From the NCBI RefSeq assembly GCF_006345805.1, contig NC_043005.1:36828001-36892000 (forward strand): a stretch of 64,000 nucleotides of DNA. The letters run 5' to 3'. The notes under the pieces are model-generated. The model made no database searches, was not told the DNA's origin, and worked only from the letters and a program-made list of their open reading frames with translations. Source of the stretch: Octopus sinensis (Eukaryota). Position numbers and translations under genes: made by a program. Below are positions 1 to 13,084 of this stretch, one piece after another; position 1 is the first letter of the stretch; the number at the start of each line of letters is the position of its first letter.

Positions 1-249
1 TCCACGAATCAAAAGCATAGAATGCTAAGTGGCCATAGATTTGAAGTGATTGTTACCCCCATTTCTTGTCAAGGTCTAATACTAAATATGCATTCTACGA
101 AATGCATTGCGTAACACTCCAGTTTGATGTTAAATTGGTTTTATTATAACCCAGTAAAAACACACACACACACAAACTCCACACACATTCACACACACAT
201 AACTTAAATAACTTAGGTTTCGGTCAGTATAGTCTCAGGCAATGTCTAA

Positions 250-2298
250 CGTAATTGCATCAACTGGTGAAGTCTTTTAGACATATATGGGGCACTATGG
301 CCCACTCTAGCAAAGAGTTATTGTTGGAGACATATCCGGGTGTAGGAAGTTGGTCCAGGATTTTTTGGAGAACTTTGTCCAGAGAACTTTTGAATTTTAT
401 GAGATGTTTCCGTTTTGACGCATTTTGGTATAATATTAAAGAGAGCTTGAACTGTTGAGGTAAAGTAGTTGTGTCGTAATGTTGTTATGTGTCTTGAGTT
501 CGATTATTTTTGTGGGCGGATAGCACGGGGCCAAGTCTTGGGTGGATTTTAAAACTGATGCCAACATCATTTGTGCAATATTGATGGAATATTTTCCACA
601 TGGCACAAATGATGTAGCGCTCACGGTAGCGTTGGGAGAGTAGATTTTAAGATATTTTAGTCGAACTCAATAGTCAATGCCTGTCATGCCGTCTATCTTT
701 CTTATTACTGATCTGTGGAGTGCTTCCACTTTCATAATGAGTTGCTTCGTGTGGGGAGACTATTGTGAGCAACAGTATTGAAGGTGTGGTCGGAAAAAAG
801 TAGAGCAGAGAAGGATGATAGTGTGAGCATCTCTAGACCAGAAAGTTCTCAAAATCCAGGAGCACATCTAGTAGGCCAAGTCAATCTTGCTGTTTACATG
901 GAAACGCCAGCTTAAATTGTTATCAACAATTATTCCAAGGTCTCTGGTGTTGTTGGAGGATATTAGGGAGTCAACCGAGGGAAGGGCATATGGAGGTTTT
1001 AAAGTATTCCCTTTTCCAAAGTGGATCAAATTAAACTTATCTTAATTTAGAAGCATATTGTTCTTTTCTGCTCATTAGAGTTTGGAATCATTTGCAAAGA
1101 TTTTCAATGTACAATGTCTAATGACGTCTACTGTCAGTGATGTAGATAATGAAGACGAGTGGACCCAACACAGTACCTTGTGGGACACCACCACTGACTT
1201 TGGCTGAACTTGACCAGATTCCCTGAAGCACATTTTGGGTTCTGCTCCTCAGAAAACACTTTATCCATTGCATCTCCTTCCCATGGACTCAAGTATTAGA
1301 CAGTTACTTTAGCAGGATTTTGTGGTCCCCTCCGTCAAATGCCTTGCTGAAATCAAGGTATATGACGTCAGTGTTGGAGCCTTCCCCCAACGCTTTTAAG
1401 ATGTCATGAAAATGGTGCAGAAACTGCGACAGGCAGTTCTTGCCATCACGGAAACCATGCTGGTTGTGGTCCAGCAGATTGTTGTCTCCGAGGACGTGGG
1501 TTATTCGCGATCTCACCACCCTCTCAAATACGTTAATGATATGGGAGGTGAGTAAAATCGGACGGTTGTTCACTACAAGAGATTTGTTTCCCTTTTTGAA
1601 AACTGGGACGACAGACTGGGGAAGAAAATGATCAGGAATGTCGCCTGCGTCAAGTGAGTTCCTCCAGAGTTTAGCTAGAAGATGTGCAACTTGATATCGA
1701 AACATCTTCAGGACAGTGGCCAGAAACCTATCGGAACCTAATGCCAAGTTGTGCTTGATTTTATTATTTCTGTTAAGATATCAGGAGCATCAAAATTTAT
1801 GTCAGATATGATTAGTTGAGGGTTTACTTCACCGATACTAGCCAGACCAACCACATTAGCGTTACTGAAAACAGAGCAGTATTGTTTCTACATTATTTCG
1901 CACATGGATTTTGCGTTATCATGTAAGTGTTGCTTTCATCAACCAGAACACCAACAGTGAAAACAGCGTCTTTATGCTTTTTTCTTTTTCTTTTGTTTGC
2001 AAATGAAAAGAATACTTTGGGATTGAGTTCTATTTTCTCAACGGCCCAACTCTCCTGAGCTGCTCTTTGTTTGTTAATGATGGTCGTCATGCTTTTTTTG
2101 GAGGTTGTGTTTCTTCGATTCGAATGATGCAATGGCTGTCGAAATAGTGCATTCTGCTGGCAGTATTTAATTTGGTCGATTTTCTTGTTAATTCTTTTTA
2201 TTTTTCTGATAATTGATCTTCTATTTCTAGGGATTCTGCACTTAGATTTGTTTGCTGATCTTAATGGGGTATGTTTTGCGCAAATATTTGTTACGGTT
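250..2298 (-). mobile_element. Decayed CR1/L2-type LINE, ORF2 from the EN-RT linker to the 3' end
   Basis: Minus frames give AVEKIELNPKVFFSF, VVPVFKKGNK..NRPILLTS..FER, QHGFRDGKNC, DVIYLDFSKAFD, GGVPQGTVLGPLVFIIYI, KIFAND (dead YADD box), RDLGIIVD, and C-terminal FKSSLDKVLQKILDQLPTPGYVSNNNSLLEW. Many stops and frameshifts. Confidence 0.92.
1304..1747 (-). pseudogene. Reverse transcriptase fragment (N-terminal RT domains) of the LINE above
   Basis: ORF track 147 aa with QHGFR and YLDFSKAFD RT motifs; truncated by stops. Confidence 0.9.
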
Positions 2299-2324
2299 TA
2301 CATACATACATACTACATACATAC

Positions 2325-2367
<43 letters not shown>

Positions 2368-3046
2368 TGTATATATATATATATACACATACATATGTGT
2401 TTGTGTTTCTATCTGTCTGTGTGTGAGTGTGTGTTTGTGTTTGCTTCAATAAATGATAGCTTTATTTGACCATGGTTAATTGGTTTTCTATTGTTGGCCC
2501 GATCCATTCAACAACGTCAAATATCATCTTCTTCCCATATTGCTACTTAACTAAAATTAGTTGATCTTTATTAATAATTTCTAAAAATAAAAAGCATGTA
2601 ACCACATCCTTATCGGCGTTAATTACGCAACGGCAAAACGCACCAACCTATCTATTTTTGTTTCATTCTACTCGTGTACGTGCTGAGTTCAAAGGAAGGG
2701 AAATTACTCATGACTCTCGCAGACCATCCTTCTCTGATGAGCTTGATATCGTTATTGCTAAAATGTTTTGGGTCAACACCTGTAGGGAAGACATAAGCAA
2801 GAGTAGATTTCAGAGGAACAATTTTCTGTGGAGGAAGGACAGAAAGTAATGGTTTGTAAAGAGGAATAGAAGTTGAATGCTACAAAGGTAACGAGACGAA
2901 GAGCTGAAAGGGTTGGGGATGCGTGAATGGAAGAGGTGCACGGTAAAACAGCACCGAGGTGCAATATACCATTATAGAAGCGCTCGAAAAGACAGAGAAA
3001 GGAGACAGCATATCAGCGGGTCAAAGGCTGGAGTGTGTCAACCACT

Positions 3047-3366
3047 GGTACTCTTTCGGTTACGACGATGAGGCTTCTAGTTGATCTGATCAACGGAACG
3101 GCCTGATCGTGAAATTAATGTGCAAATGAGAACTCCACAGACACACGTACCCATTACGTAGTTTTCAGGAAGAGTCGGCGGGATACACAATGTGAGAAAG
3201 GCTGGCCCTTTGAAATTCAGGATCTACTCATTTTTGCCATCTGAGTAGACTGGGGCAAAGTGCAATAAAGTGTCTTGCTGAAGGACACAACACGTCACAA
3301 TGAATCGAGCTCACTATCATACGATCGTGAGCCGAATACCCTAACGCCTAACCCACACGCCTTCAC
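3047..3366 (-). mobile_element. tRNA-derived SINE (head GTGAAGGCG..., core GTGTCCTTCAGCAAGACACTTTATT)
   Basis: A/B-box-like head at the right end; core shared with 39254 and 50865; 3' tail shared with 50434. Confidence 0.8.
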
Positions 3367-4422
3367 ACAGTGTCCATCAGCGATTTAATGCTAGCCAGTT
3401 GTGTGACTCTTCCCTAAATAATGTCTAGGATGTATGAGTATAGCAGCAACACAATACCATTTGTGGGACCAGTACTCCATTGTAAGCCTCACTTGAGCTT
3501 TGTTCCCTGAAATATTTTTAACTTTTTTGTCTCTGTTTCTTGACTTAATACAGATTAGAGTTGTGGTGACTAAATTGCGAGTGGATGAGGTATGATTAGA
3601 GAAAATCAGAGACGAATGAAAGGTCAGGGCCTTAGCATATGAGTGGATAGTTTTTGTTGTGGTATAAGTAGGTTATTAATAGATAGCCAGAAGACATTGG
3701 GAACAACGTCGAAATCTGGTGGGGTCACCTGAGTTGATCTAAAATAGAGTAAATCGTCATTATTACAGAACAAGCGTTTTACATTTTCTCTGTCTAATAT
3801 GTAGCGTTAAGCTGTCGCGTGCTCGTGTCTTCCTATAACCCTAAGTTTTCAAATTTCTGAACATCTTTGATACGCTCTATAAATATATTCTTATTCTTCT
3901 CATCTATGTACCTCACGATTTTTACCATATCCCATCCCACTTCATCTTCTAATTGGTTCTCCTTACTCGTTCTCCCTCAAACTATCTCCAAATATCCTCC
4001 ATCTTTACAGGCCAACGTCTCCTCTTCCTTCATCGAATATCACTTTTGTGTCTCTATACTTTCTATTTTCTTTCCAACTCTCCCATCATTTCCTACCTAG
4101 TAGGTTCTTACTCCTTCTTCTACCACGTTTTCTTATCATTTTTTACTCAATCGCTTCTACTTCCTTCCCTTCTTTATCTTTGCCTTCATTCATCTCTTCT
4201 TTTATGCAGACTGGCCCATCAAACTTCTCCAAATCGTCTCTTCTGTTTAATCGTGTACATAGACTTTGTGTACAAGATTAAGTAGTTTTTTTTTCCGTGG
4301 CCATGCAGGCTGAAACATTTGGCAATGATTTAAGAAGACAATGAAGCGAAAAAGTTTGTTTGAGCGTGCATGCATATATCAATATTTCAATATATATATA
4401 TATTATATATATATATATATAT

Positions 4423-4468
<46 letters not shown>

Positions 4469-4607
4469 TATATACACTTATATATATAATAAACCTTTAC
4501 ATAAATAAATAACGTGAAATACACGAAGGGACGAACAAAAAGACAAACGGGTCATTCAAAGCCTTCGTTCTTCAGTCAGAAACTGATTCCTCATCGCAGA
4601 TTTCGGC

Positions 4608-4648
<41 letters not shown>

Positions 4649-4725
4649 AATATTAGGGAATAAATCCAAATTTACAGGGAAAAATCAGATTTAGGATTAA
4701 ATCCAATTTTATAGTAAAATATTAT

Positions 4726-4900
4726 TATATAATATTATTAGAGACAAAACCACTATTTTGCAAAACAAACAAGGAAAGACTTAATCAATACATAAAATTT
4801 TAATAAAAAGTCAAAAAAACCGCCACAATTTTTATTAAAATTTTATGTATTGATTAAGTCTTTCCTTGTTTGTTTTGCAAAATAGTGGTTTTGTCTCTAA

Positions 4901-4912
<12 letters not shown>
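4726..4912. repeat. Perfect 84-bp inverted repeat with 19-nt spacer
   Basis: 4726-4809 is the exact reverse complement of 4829-4912. Confidence 0.95.
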
Positions 4913-4986
<74 letters not shown>

Positions 4987-4988
4987 CT

Positions 4989-5046
<58 letters not shown>

Positions 5047-5110
5047 TATATATACATATATATACACACATATATATACACACATATATATATATATATG
5101 TATATATATA
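4913..5110. repeat. (TA)n/(CA)n compound microsatellite
   Basis: Direct reading. Confidence 0.95.
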
Positions 5111-5249
5111 TCAGCCGAAATTACTACGATGATCCGGTTCTTGACTGAAGACTGAGGGCTTCGAATGTCCTGTCTGTGTTTGTTGTATCGTCTTCTAAGT
5201 GTTATGCGTTCTTGTCCCAGTTTGTATTTTTCTACATATCATAATATAT

Positions 5250-5313
<64 letters not shown>

Positions 5314-5411
5314 TGTATGTATGTATATATATGTATATAGTGAAGGCCCGTGGTTCAGTGGTAAGGGTAGTACTATTGAGTTGTACCAGTATTTCAAAGG
5401 GCCAGCGATCT

Positions 5412-5681
5412 CACATCATGGTGTTTGGAGTGATCACTAGTGATGGCGACGTTATGCCTCCATTCATCTTCCCACATGACCTCAGAATCAACACAGAGGC
5501 CTACATCAAGTGCCTGGCGGAAATAGTGATGCCCTGGCGCAAAAGGGTGTCTACTAGAAGACCCTATCTCTGGCAAGAGGACTCTGCACCATGCCACGTA
5601 ATTCGGAAAACCCAGTCATGGCCGTCAGACTATTTCTGCGACCAGATCGCCCCTAACATCTGGACACCTAACTACCCTAAC
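5412..5681 (+). mobile_element. maT-type (DD37D) Tc1/mariner transposase C-terminal fragment
   Basis: HIMVFGVITSDGDVMPPFIFP..NTEAYIKCL..WQEDSAPCH..WTPNYPNCISLD; 37 residues between the D of QEDS and the D of SLD. Confidence 0.85.
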
Positions 5682-5706
5682 TGCATCTCCCTTGATACGT
5701 GTATAC

Positions 5707-6590
5707 GTTAGGGTAGTTAGGTGTCGAGATGTTAGGGGTGATCTGGTCGCAGAAATAGTCTGACGGCCATGACTGGGCTTTCCTAATTACGTGGCATGGT
5801 GCAGAGTCCTCTTGCCAGAGATAGGGTCTTCTAGTAGACACCCTTTTGCGCTAGGTATTCACTATTTCCTCCAGGCACTTGATGTAGGCCTCCGTGTTGT
5901 CGACTGGATGTTTGATTTTTATCACTCTCGTTACATCCTTTGGGGACACAGCAAGCCAACGGCTGTTTTGTCTGTCCACCATCTAATCCTGGCAGAAAAG
6001 TTTTTCGTCTGACTAAAAAACCAAAGCATGGTCGGTTGGAGGGAATTCTTGAGTTTGTTGAAAAGCTTTGTAGTGCCGTCTTTCCTCTTGTCTTTGATGG
6101 CTTGGGATAAAAATTGGCCCTTTCTCATCTTGTATGAGGAATATCGAATGTCTTCATGCACTACTTGCATGACACTCCCATGTCCCTAGCGATGGATCTG
6201 ACTAACTTGGAGTGATTGTTGTTAATCATGGCCTGTATCTCACCAACACATTCAGGGGGTTCTTATCAGAATGATGAGAGTGAGTGTTCCGAACTGCCGC
6301 ACCTTCGTAATCATCATTAGATTCATCCAATTCTTGCCAAATCATCTGCACTGTTCTCAGGTTGACACCCGAACACTCTGAAATGAACGCATTAGAGCCA
6401 CCGGCACGAATGCCAAGCAGTAGAGCATGTCGTTTCCAAATCTCTGGCAGAGTGAATTGCATCAGGGTGTCGTTCTTCTCACAGACGCTGCCCAACCGAA
6501 CCTACTATACTGTGTAGTCGACAAAATAAAAAACAAACAATGCGCATGCACGAAATTAAATGTATAAAATTGCGACAGTTTACCCGTCGC

Positions 6591-6592
<2 letters not shown>
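5707..6592 (-). mobile_element. maT-type Tc1/mariner, 5' end plus truncated transposase
   Basis: Terminus TA-AGGTGCGACGGGTAAACTGTCGC near 6592; HTH region MQFTLPEIWKRHALLLGIRAG; WFFSQTKNF (degenerate FSDEKNF); WQEDSAPCH. Confidence 0.88.
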
Positions 6593-6634
<42 letters not shown>

Positions 6635-6677
6635 GTGTGTGTGTATGTGTGTGTGTGTGTGTGTATGTGTGTGTGTG

Positions 6678-6733
<56 letters not shown>
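6593..6733. repeat. (TA)n-(GT)n microsatellite
   Basis: Direct reading. Confidence 0.95.
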
Positions 6734-7604
6734 CAGATGGCTACTGGAGTTGGAGATTTGGCTGCTATTGTTTAAAGCGGATCTTAAGGTGCTATTACAT
6801 TAGTATTTAAAAATCAGTGACATCAAATACATCCAGTAGAATCCCAATTCTCTATTACTTCCACCGCGTGGTTGGACAGTAAGTTGGTGTCACCTAAGTA
6901 TTTGGCTGACAAGGGTAACAATTTTAAGTGGCACCAGAAGCCGGTACGTGTGCGCGGCGTGTGTGTGTGTGTGTGTTGTGTTTCGATGCGTATATCCGCT
7001 TGAGTACGCGAGGGTGCGTGTCTAGGGCGTATGTGTGTGCGTTTGCTGTGAATGCGTATTTGGGTACGTGTGTACGTCAGCTGCGGGTGTCAGCTCATTG
7101 GCACATGTGTAAATCTTTGTTTGGTTATGCTTGAATATTTACTGACTCCAGTTTTCACGCCACTGCGGGGTTTTCCCTGATCATCTCAGAGGTGTGCAAC
7201 TGGAGTTGCGAGACAAACGTTCAGTTTTTAGCTTCAATAACAAAAATAACCCATATCGTCTATAACATTTTTTGAGCACTCGTTTCTCGGTCGACCGATA
7301 TAAACTAACAATTGTAAGTTTGTGTGCATGTGTGTGTGTGTGATGCACCAACAGCATCTTTACTAATGTAATATCGCCTGTTTTATAAAATCGCTTAAAT
7401 ATGCAAGCATTTGCGATATGAATTAATATGGCAGCTATTGAGTGTTCTTTGTTGATATCCAAACGCTGATATCCAAACGTTAATGGGGAAATCAAGTTCT
7501 CCTTTATTGGAGAGATATTTAGTCTCGTTCACTTCACCGCCTCATATAAATACATACACACATACATAATACACACACATATGCATATATAAATAAATAT
7601 AATA

Positions 7605-7637
<33 letters not shown>

Positions 7638-7652
7638 TATATATATATATAT

Positions 7653-7686
<34 letters not shown>

Positions 7687-8254
7687 CATATATATATATA
7701 CGCACACTCCTTCCCAAAAATCTACGTAGATACCCATACAAATCACAGCACACACATATACACAGACATAATTTCTTGGTCTCTATCAGTTGATCAATAC
7801 TATTTATTTGTACCATTTGAAATACTAAATCAATATTTTTTTCGTGTGATAATGTTGCATGTTGAAAAACGTTCGTCTGCAATGGATACTTTGAAGTCTG
7901 TTATAACGATGTGATTATGCTATGAAGTCATTTAAGAGGAGGATGCTAGATGGTGATTTCAGAGAAATTTATGTTTCAAATATCTCTAGGTTTATTTTTA
8001 TGCACACATACATGTATGTGTGTGTGTGCGCATGTGCGTGCGCGTATTTGCGTGAACGCGTGTATGCGTATATGTATGTATTTAAATTTTCTCCACGTAC
8101 TTTGTCTCATTTCTCTTCTCCCACTCGTTCGTACACACTCCTACGATCAGTCGGCTCCACCTCTGCGAATACGTCATTGTTGTTTAAATGTTTAATCAGA
8201 AAACAAAGCAAGATATTTTATATTTTAATTGAATAAAAGCCAATTTAATCTGAT

Positions 8255-8266
8255 ATGTGTGTGTAT

Positions 8267-8339
<73 letters not shown>

Positions 8340-8350
8340 TAGATAGATAC

Positions 8351-8393
<43 letters not shown>

Positions 8394-8491
8394 ATATATA
8401 TATATTATGTATATATATATAATGTATGTATATATATATACATATATATATATATATGTATATGTATATATATACATATATATATAATATA

Positions 8492-8532
<41 letters not shown>

Positions 8533-8614
8533 TACATACACATAAACATATATACATATATACATATAAACGTGTGTGTGTGTATAAATATATAGAGGAA
8601 AATAGATTAGTAGA

Positions 8615-8666
<52 letters not shown>

Positions 8667-8710
8667 CACATTCACACACACAAACACGCACTCACGCACG
8701 CACACACACA
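8255..8710. repeat. (CA)n/(TA)n compound microsatellite
   Basis: Direct reading. Confidence 0.95.
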
Positions 8711-9041
8711 TATATGCATGTATTGTTCATCGATAAGATGAAGAATGTATCTCATATGCCTGTGGTAGGATTTGTTAATTTCTGAAGTATTAATTTAATT
8801 AACAAGGTTTAACAAGATTTAACAGCCTCTAGGTAAAGCTAGATGCTTGTAATTCTCTCTGTGTTACTTCGTGCTACTCATAAAATGGTACGTAATTAAC
8901 AGTTTCATGATACTTCAAGTATTAAGATTATTTTTAAAAAGCGTTCTACGACTGCAGAGTGACCCGAACTGCTCACTTACGAACAAGTTCTTTATAGCCC
9001 AGCCGCTTCTCTGTCTGTCTCTCCTTGTATCTATCTAACTA

Positions 9042-9128
<87 letters not shown>

Positions 9129-9144
9129 GTGTATGTGTGTGTGT

Positions 9145-9445
9145 GGTAACTTCCCCAGCACAGGCCTCAGCAGGTTTAGCAAAAATATCGGTCCAAGGAA
9201 CGTCACGATGAAAGTCGCGAAATTCGTCCCAGTCTCCTCCATCCTAGGTGAATAGAGTATGATGAATTGGGAACTCCTTGGCAGTAGAACAATTCTGTGA
9301 AACGTCAACTGAATGAACATGGTCAGATCGCCCAAGTGGAGAATTATGAGAAACTTTACTGATATCAGGATTTGATGCCAAAATGAGATCAAGGAGGGAG
9401 GAAGATTGGTTATCGCGATCAAGAATGCGAGTAGGAAAGTCAACG
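9145..9445 (-). mobile_element. LINE apurinic-endonuclease (APE) C-terminal fragment
   Basis: VDFPTRILD..SLLDLILASNP..SPLGRSDH, then DWDEFRDFHRDVPW; the SDH motif closes the APE domain. Confidence 0.8.
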
Positions 9446-9464
9446 TATATATACATACATACAA

Positions 9465-9538
<74 letters not shown>

Positions 9539-9598
9539 TTGAGAGAGAGAGGTAAATAGATAGATAGATAGATAGTAGATAGATAGATAGATAGATAG

Positions 9599-9634
<36 letters not shown>

Positions 9635-9638
9635 AGAT

Positions 9639-9690
<52 letters not shown>
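9446..9690. repeat. (TA)n-(GA)n-(GATA)n compound microsatellite
   Basis: Direct reading. Confidence 0.95.
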
Positions 9691-10547
9691 TACCACCGAG
9701 GTCAAATTTACCTACAGAAATCAGTCTATAAAGTATTAGCAATGTACTTGACCAAGTCGATCTCTTTCCCCCCACCGATCTGTTTCGGGAGACTATTTTT
9801 TTCTAATACAACTCGGAAACACCGTTCAGATTCAGTTTAACAACTCCAACCTCACGAGCTGAGACGATATTGGGTCTTAAAGAAAGATTAGAAACACAAA
9901 GGCCAATATTACAATCCCAAACCTTTTCATGCACCATTTCCTCAGAAGTACTGAGCCGTGCTTTTCTGTCTTATCAAAAATTAGGACTCAAGGTACTTAA
10001 CTCACACCTCCTTCCTAAATGAAACAGACACTACGTCTACAATCTTCATCTTCAGAAATATCATAATTTAGTATCAAGTTGGCACAGAAGCAAAGTGAAG
10101 TGTTTCCACTAAGGTTGTAAATTTGTATTCCAATATACAACTCTGAACTATATTTTTTCGATTTATCAAATAAAAACAACACTTTTCTATTTCTTTAAAT
10201 CTTATAATTTTATTTTATTTATATCATGTTTAATTTTTTTAAAAACCGTTTTAGATTTTCTGTTATATTAAGGTACTATTTCAAGATAGAACACACTTAA
10301 GTTTTTTTTCTTTTCTTTATAGAAAACTAAGCTTTTATAAATGAAAGGATCTCTTCAGGCCATTGAAGTCTCTCTCGTTAAATGATCTATCAACGTATAA
10401 ATAGGCCCTGTGAAATGAACACCGGGTTCACACACATTGATACAAAAAAAAAAAAACACGCGCAAATAAAAAAGATGGTTGAAGAAGTGAAATAAAAAAC
10501 GGCAAGATTTATAGAAGTTAACTCTAGTACACTTATTACTGCTACCG

Positions 10548-10589
<42 letters not shown>

Positions 10590-10732
10590 GAGAAAAGAGT
10601 TGAGTGATAATGTAGGTGGTATTGGCTAACTCGCTTACCTCAAAGGCACTGGTTTTCATGTGTCTAAATTAGAAACAATTATTCTCATCAGATACCTTTC
10701 TGGCATTACTACTACTACTACTACTACTACTA

Positions 10733-10770
<38 letters not shown>

Positions 10771-10775
10771 TTATT

Positions 10776-10827
<52 letters not shown>

Positions 10828-10828
<1 letters not shown>

Positions 10829-10918
10829 GACGGCGACGAGTTGGAGAATCGTTAGCGCGCTGGACGAAGAAATACTTAGCGGTATTTCGCCCGCTGCTAC
10901 GTTCTTAGTTTAAATTCT
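10828..10918 (+). mobile_element. tRNA-derived SINE family A, 5' fragment
   Basis: GGCGACGAGTTGGAGAATCGTTAGCG..GTTCTTAGTTTAAATT, homologous to 12961 and 17198. Confidence 0.75.
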
Positions 10919-10920
10919 CA

Positions 10921-11462
10921 GGCCTCAATTCTCAAGTTTCCATATTTATCAACATTTTCTCTATCTTTCATGATAATTTGTTGATCTCCTGGCACTGCTA
11001 CATCGATTATTAGGCAATCCTTTTTGTCCCTCCTAAAGGTTACAGTATCCTACCTTCAGTGCTCTAACATTTTGTCAGTCTGGAAATCAAAGTCCCAGAG
11101 GATTTTTGCTTTCCACTTTTCATCCATCAGTTTTTCCAGTGTATGTTGGTATCAAGCAACTGTAACCTCTTATCCATACTTACGGCGTAGTAGCCAGTGG
11201 TGGTTTTGGACTGCTTTGTTGTATCTATGCTTGTACTCTTTCTGCGCAAGATTTTCATAAGCAGTAACAATGTGAGTTACAGTTTCGATCCTCTTCCCAC
11301 ACTTTCTGCAGAGGTGTGACGCACTTGTGTGGTAAATAATCTTTTACACTGAGTTGGTATTCAATGCCTGGTCCTGGGCCGCGATGATTAGGCTTTCGGT
11401 ATTCTTTTTAGGTCATGCTTGTTGAGCCACCTCCACGATGCTTCCTGGTCTTTTAATTTGTT
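10921..11462 (-). mobile_element. R4/Dong-type non-LTR fragment (subfamily 1): zinc knuckle and restriction-like endonuclease
   Basis: DLKKNTESLIIAAQDQAL..CRKCGKRIETVTHIVT..AKILWDFDFQTD..LIIDVAVPGD. Confidence 0.85.
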
Positions 11463-11480
11463 GGTTTATTATTATTATTA

Positions 11481-11546
<66 letters not shown>

Positions 11547-11549
<3 letters not shown>

Positions 11550-12826
11550 TAGTTTTATTTTTATAGCGTGCTTTCACTTCACTACCGAACGCAGCTCTGT
11601 GTGCCTTGGGTATGTGCTGTGATTTGTTGTGATGCTCTGATGGTTATTGTATGGAAAGTGTTCTGCGTAGGATGTGTGCAGTGCCTAGTAGTGCAATTTT
11701 CTGTATGTTATATGTGTTTGTAAGTCCTGGTGTTTTTGTTATGTATTTGTCTGAATATTTTTTATCATGCCTAATGCACCTACTATGATAGGAATTGTTT
11801 CTGTTTTCAGATTCCACATTCTAGTTACCTCTATTTCCAGGTCTTTGTATTTTGAGAGTTTCTCCATTTCTTTTAGAGACACGTTGTCATCTGCCGGTAT
11901 TGATACATCAATTAGTAAGCATTTTTTTCTTCATGATCTCTGACAACTATATCTGGTCTGTTCGCCTTAATTTCTCTATCTGTGTGTATCGGCATATCCC
12001 AGAGTAGGGTTGCTTTCTCGTTTTCTGTGACCTTTTCTGGTGTGTGCCTATACCATCTTTTTTCTGTTGTCATTCCATAATGTTGGCATAGCTTCCAATG
12101 TATGTAGGTTCCAACTCTGTCATGTCTGTGAATATATTCCTTCTTAGCCAGGACTGGGCAGCTAGAGATAATATGATTTATTGTTTCTGTCCATCTCCAC
12201 ATATTCTGCAGTTACTTGTAATATTTCTTTTCATTACATGTTTTTGGTAATTTCTGGTGGGGAGGCTTTGGTCTTGTGCTGCAATTAAAAATCCCTCTGT
12301 TTCTGCTTTGAGTCCTGAGCTTCTCAACCATTGCTGGGATTTTTTCTTTGTCTATTTCTTTTGCGTTTAGTTTAGTGCAGTATTTACCATGAAGGGGCTT
12401 TCTTGCCATCGTTTTATCATGGTTCGTTGCTGTTCTATTTTTAGTTTGGATTTCATTTTTTTATAGCTTTTGTTGTTTCTTCATCATCTTCTTCTTCTTC
12501 TTCGTGTTTATTAGGTGGTATATGATTCTTGTTTGTATTTGTCAGCTTCCTTAAATACTGAGAACAGTTTTTTGTTTTGCTCGTGTTTTGCTGCTATCTG
12601 GATCAGTTTTCCTTCCTTCTGAAGTAGGTATTTTTGCAGTCCTATGGTGGTTATTTTATAGTAGTTTTCCAGCTAAGGCCTCTACCACCTTCTATACGTT
12701 GTATATATAGTCTTTCTATGTCAGATTTTGGGTGATGCATCCTAGATCCTGTCAGTATTTTTTTGTTTCCTATCTATTTTGGACAGTTCATTTCGTGTCC
12801 AGTTAAGGATATTGTAGCTGTAACTT
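11547..12826 (-). mobile_element. R4/Dong-type non-LTR 3' portion (subfamily 2) with 3' UTR and (TAA)n tail
   Basis: GGRGL, ETINHIISSCPVLAKKEYIHRHDRV, LLWDMPIHTDREIKANRPDIVV, LIDVSIP..KLSKYKDLEIE..IPIIVGALG; ends CTACTG-(AAT)n. Confidence 0.93.
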
Positions 12827-12960
12827 ATTATTTATGATTATTATTATTATTATTATTATTATATTATTATTATTATTATTATTATCATCATCATCATTAT
12901 TGTTATTGTTATTACTGTTGTTGTTGTTCTTCTTCTTATCATCATCATCATCATCATTAA

Positions 12961-13076
12961 GGCAGCGAGTTGGTGGAAACGTTAGCATGCCGGCTAATTG
13001 CTCCGCGGCATTTCGTCCTGTCTACGTTCTGAGTTCAAATTCCGCCGAAGTCGACCTTGCCTTTCACCATTTCTGT
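12961..13076 (+). mobile_element. SINE family A, 5' part
   Basis: GGCAGCGAGTTGGTGGAAACGTTAGC..GAGTTCAAATTCCGCCGAAGTCGACCTTGCCTTTC. Confidence 0.8.
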
Positions 13077-13084
13077 CAGATTCG

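Noticed and set aside
2733-2770. CTGATGA-GC...GC-TAAAA as a hammerhead
   Set aside because: G12 is missing, stem II is only 2 bp, and several CTGATGA heptamers are expected by chance.
3400-4290. Possible PLE or LINE ORF relic on the minus strand
   Set aside because: Only vague compositional similarity; no diagnostic motif survives.
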